Source: a virus
Virus record (IMG/VR): IMGVR_UViG_3300021467_000205
Span: 1 to 24,515 of that record
Direction: 5' to 3' (one strand)
Length of the DNA: 24,515 nt
Shown here: positions 23,534-24,515 of the stretch, one piece after another
Layout: each line of letters opens with the position of its first letter
How positions within the stretch are numbered: the first letter of the stretch is position 1
Notes under the pieces: model-generated
Database searches by the model: none
Seen by the model: only the letters and a program-made list of their open reading frames with translations
Told to the model about the DNA's origin: nothing
Program-made: the position numbers and the translations under genes

Positions 23534-23563
23534 TTGACTTATTATAACTATACATGGTAATCT
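23534..23563 (+). promoter_or_regulatory. Putative repressor promoter TTGACT-N18-TAATCT (TGn extended)
   Basis: -35 at 23534-23539; TGg-TAATCT at 23555-23563. Confidence 0.45.
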
Positions 23564-23589
23564 ATATCCCAAACTTAAAGGGTTAAGTT

Positions 23590-23619
23590 TATATAGCATA
23601 TAAATATGTATCTTGTCAA
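23590..23619 (-). promoter_or_regulatory. Putative early promoter TTGACA-N18-TATATA (TGn extended)
   Basis: TTGACA at 23619-23614; TGc-TATATA ending at 23590. Confidence 0.6.
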
Positions 23620-23628
23620 CCCTTTTTG

Positions 23629-23781
23629 TGGTTGCTTAGAGAATAAAAATATGTTTTTGAGTAGTGTTATTGTAAATATCCTATATTTATGTATTTTAGA
23701 GTGGTTGCTTAATAAAAAACATGGTTGCTTGAAAAGTTGCTTAGTCAAATTAAAATTTCTCGTTTTCAAGCAACCATGTTT
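23629..23781. repeat. Operator-like TGGTTGCTT repeats, including a perfect 19-bp inverted repeat
   Basis: TGGTTGCTT at 23629, 23702, 23722; GTTGCTT at 23736; inverted copy at 23768-23776; IR arms 23717-23735 and 23763-23781. Confidence 0.8.
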
Positions 23782-23795
23782 GTGTGGTTAGAAAT

Positions 23796-24515
23796 ATGAA
23801 AACGATAGCAGAAAGAATTAAGTTTCTTTATGAAAAATCTGGATTAACACAGCCTGAATTTGCTAACAGGATTGGGATACATAAAAACACACTTATAAAG
23901 TACATGAGGGGAGAAAGTAGCCCACAATCAGATACTTTAGAAAAAATAGTTGCCATGTTTAAGGTTAACCCTACTTGGCTTCTTACAGGAGAAGGAGAGC
24001 CATTTGAAAAACCTAAAAAACAGCCTGGTCATGTAGCCGAATCTGAAATTGAATATCTTATAGAAGAACATACCATGATCCCGCTTTTAGACACAGAAGT
24101 TGCCGCTGATGTAGTTGGCACCTGGCCCACTGAAAAGATTGTTGATTATTACCCCTTTAAACGTGTCTGGCTGCGCAAAATCAGCGGAAGTTCTGAAGAA
24201 AAACCTAAACGCTTCGTCCTTCTTCGCTGCCGTGGTGACTCCATGTCCCCCACTATAAACAATGGCGAAGTTATGCTGGTAGATACAAACCTGAATAGAC
24301 GGATAGAAATAGAAGATAACGCTATTTACATAGTTCGGCGGGAAGATGATACTATTGCCGTTAAAAGAGTTGTCCAAAAAGGTCCTAATGTACTATTATG
24401 CTTGAGTGATAATATAAATTACAAGCCGTTTACTATAAAAATTGAGTCAGAAAAAACCATCCAGGACTATATCATCGGCCGTGTCCTCTGGATCGGCCGT
24501 GAATTAGTAAAATAG
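23796..24515 (+). CDS. Prophage repressor, XRE HTH + S24 peptidase (CI/LexA-like); probable start ATG 23796
   Basis: IAERIK.L...GLTQ.EFA..IGI..NTL..Y.RG...P, P.WLLTGEG; GDSM.P (Ser) and VKR (Lys) catalytic motifs. Confidence 0.92.
   Translation: MKTIAERIKFLYEKSGLTQPEFANRIGIHKNTLIKYMRGESSPQSDTLEKIVAMFKVNPTWLLTGEGEPFEKPKKQPGHVAESEIEYLIEEHTMIPLLDTEVAADVVGTWPTEKIVDYYPFKRVWLRKISGSSEEKPKRFVLLRCRGDSMSPTINNGEVMLVDTNLNRRIEIEDNAIYIVRREDDTIAVKRVVQKGPNVLLCLSDNINYKPFTIKIESEKTIQDYIIGRVLWIGRELVK

Larger units (their letters stand above)
1..24515. mobile_element. Mu-like transposable prophage (partial: repressor to tape measure; att ends outside window), non-contractile tail type
   Basis: MuA/MuB pair, Gam, GemA, DUF935-type portal, gpF, gpI-type protease, gp36/gpG/gp37 in Mu-like order; repressor divergent from the early operon; no sheath gene before the tail tube. 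Confidence 0.96.

Noticed and set aside
23575-23791. ORFs 23575-23769 (-) and 23606-23791 (+)
   Set aside because: They translate promoter/operator DNA; low-complexity, no RBS, no homology cues
1-24515. CRISPR array, tRNA/rRNA genes, att ends (TG...CA with MuA sites), mom or invertase genes
   Set aside because: None seen. GCCACCA at 14951-14957 lacks a tRNA T-loop and cloverleaf; both prophage ends fall outside the window

Overview
The whole window is one Mu-like transposable prophage, from its immunity end to the middle of the tail module. The only + strand gene is an XRE/S24 repressor at the right edge (23796-24515). Everything else reads leftward on the - strand. The early/middle block contains regulators, MuA DDE transposase, MuB ATPase, Gam, GemA and an HTH at the position of the Mu late activator. 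The lysis/packaging block contains a T7-lysozyme-type amidase, a holin-like membrane protein, and TerS/TerL. The head block contains a DUF935 portal, gpF, protease/scaffold, DUF2190 and the major capsid protein. The neck/tail block contains gp36, gpG, gp37, a tail tube with no sheath gene, a tail assembly chaperone and a TP901-type tape measure that runs off the left edge and is missing from the ORF track. No att end is visible. Items not explained by a standard annotation: (1) a strong sigma70 promoter whose predicted +1 coincides with the first base of a structured ~90-140 nt non-coding RNA just upstream of the lysis genes; (2) a 40-bp element present twice (35/40 identical), before the lysis and head operons, which looks like the activator-dependent late promoter; (3) a Cys-rich domain copied, with DNA-level identity, between an early gene and the middle of the tail assembly chaperone; (4) a -1 frameshift extension of that chaperone; (5) a three-gene cargo block (metallophosphoesterase, lipoprotein, unknown) inside the tail operon; (6) a 17-bp attenuator-like hairpin, face-to-face promoters and a 19-bp inverted repeat in the immunity region; (7) a phased TTAAAC array resembling a Mu strong gyrase site. 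Family assignments are from motif recognition by eye; no database searches were run.
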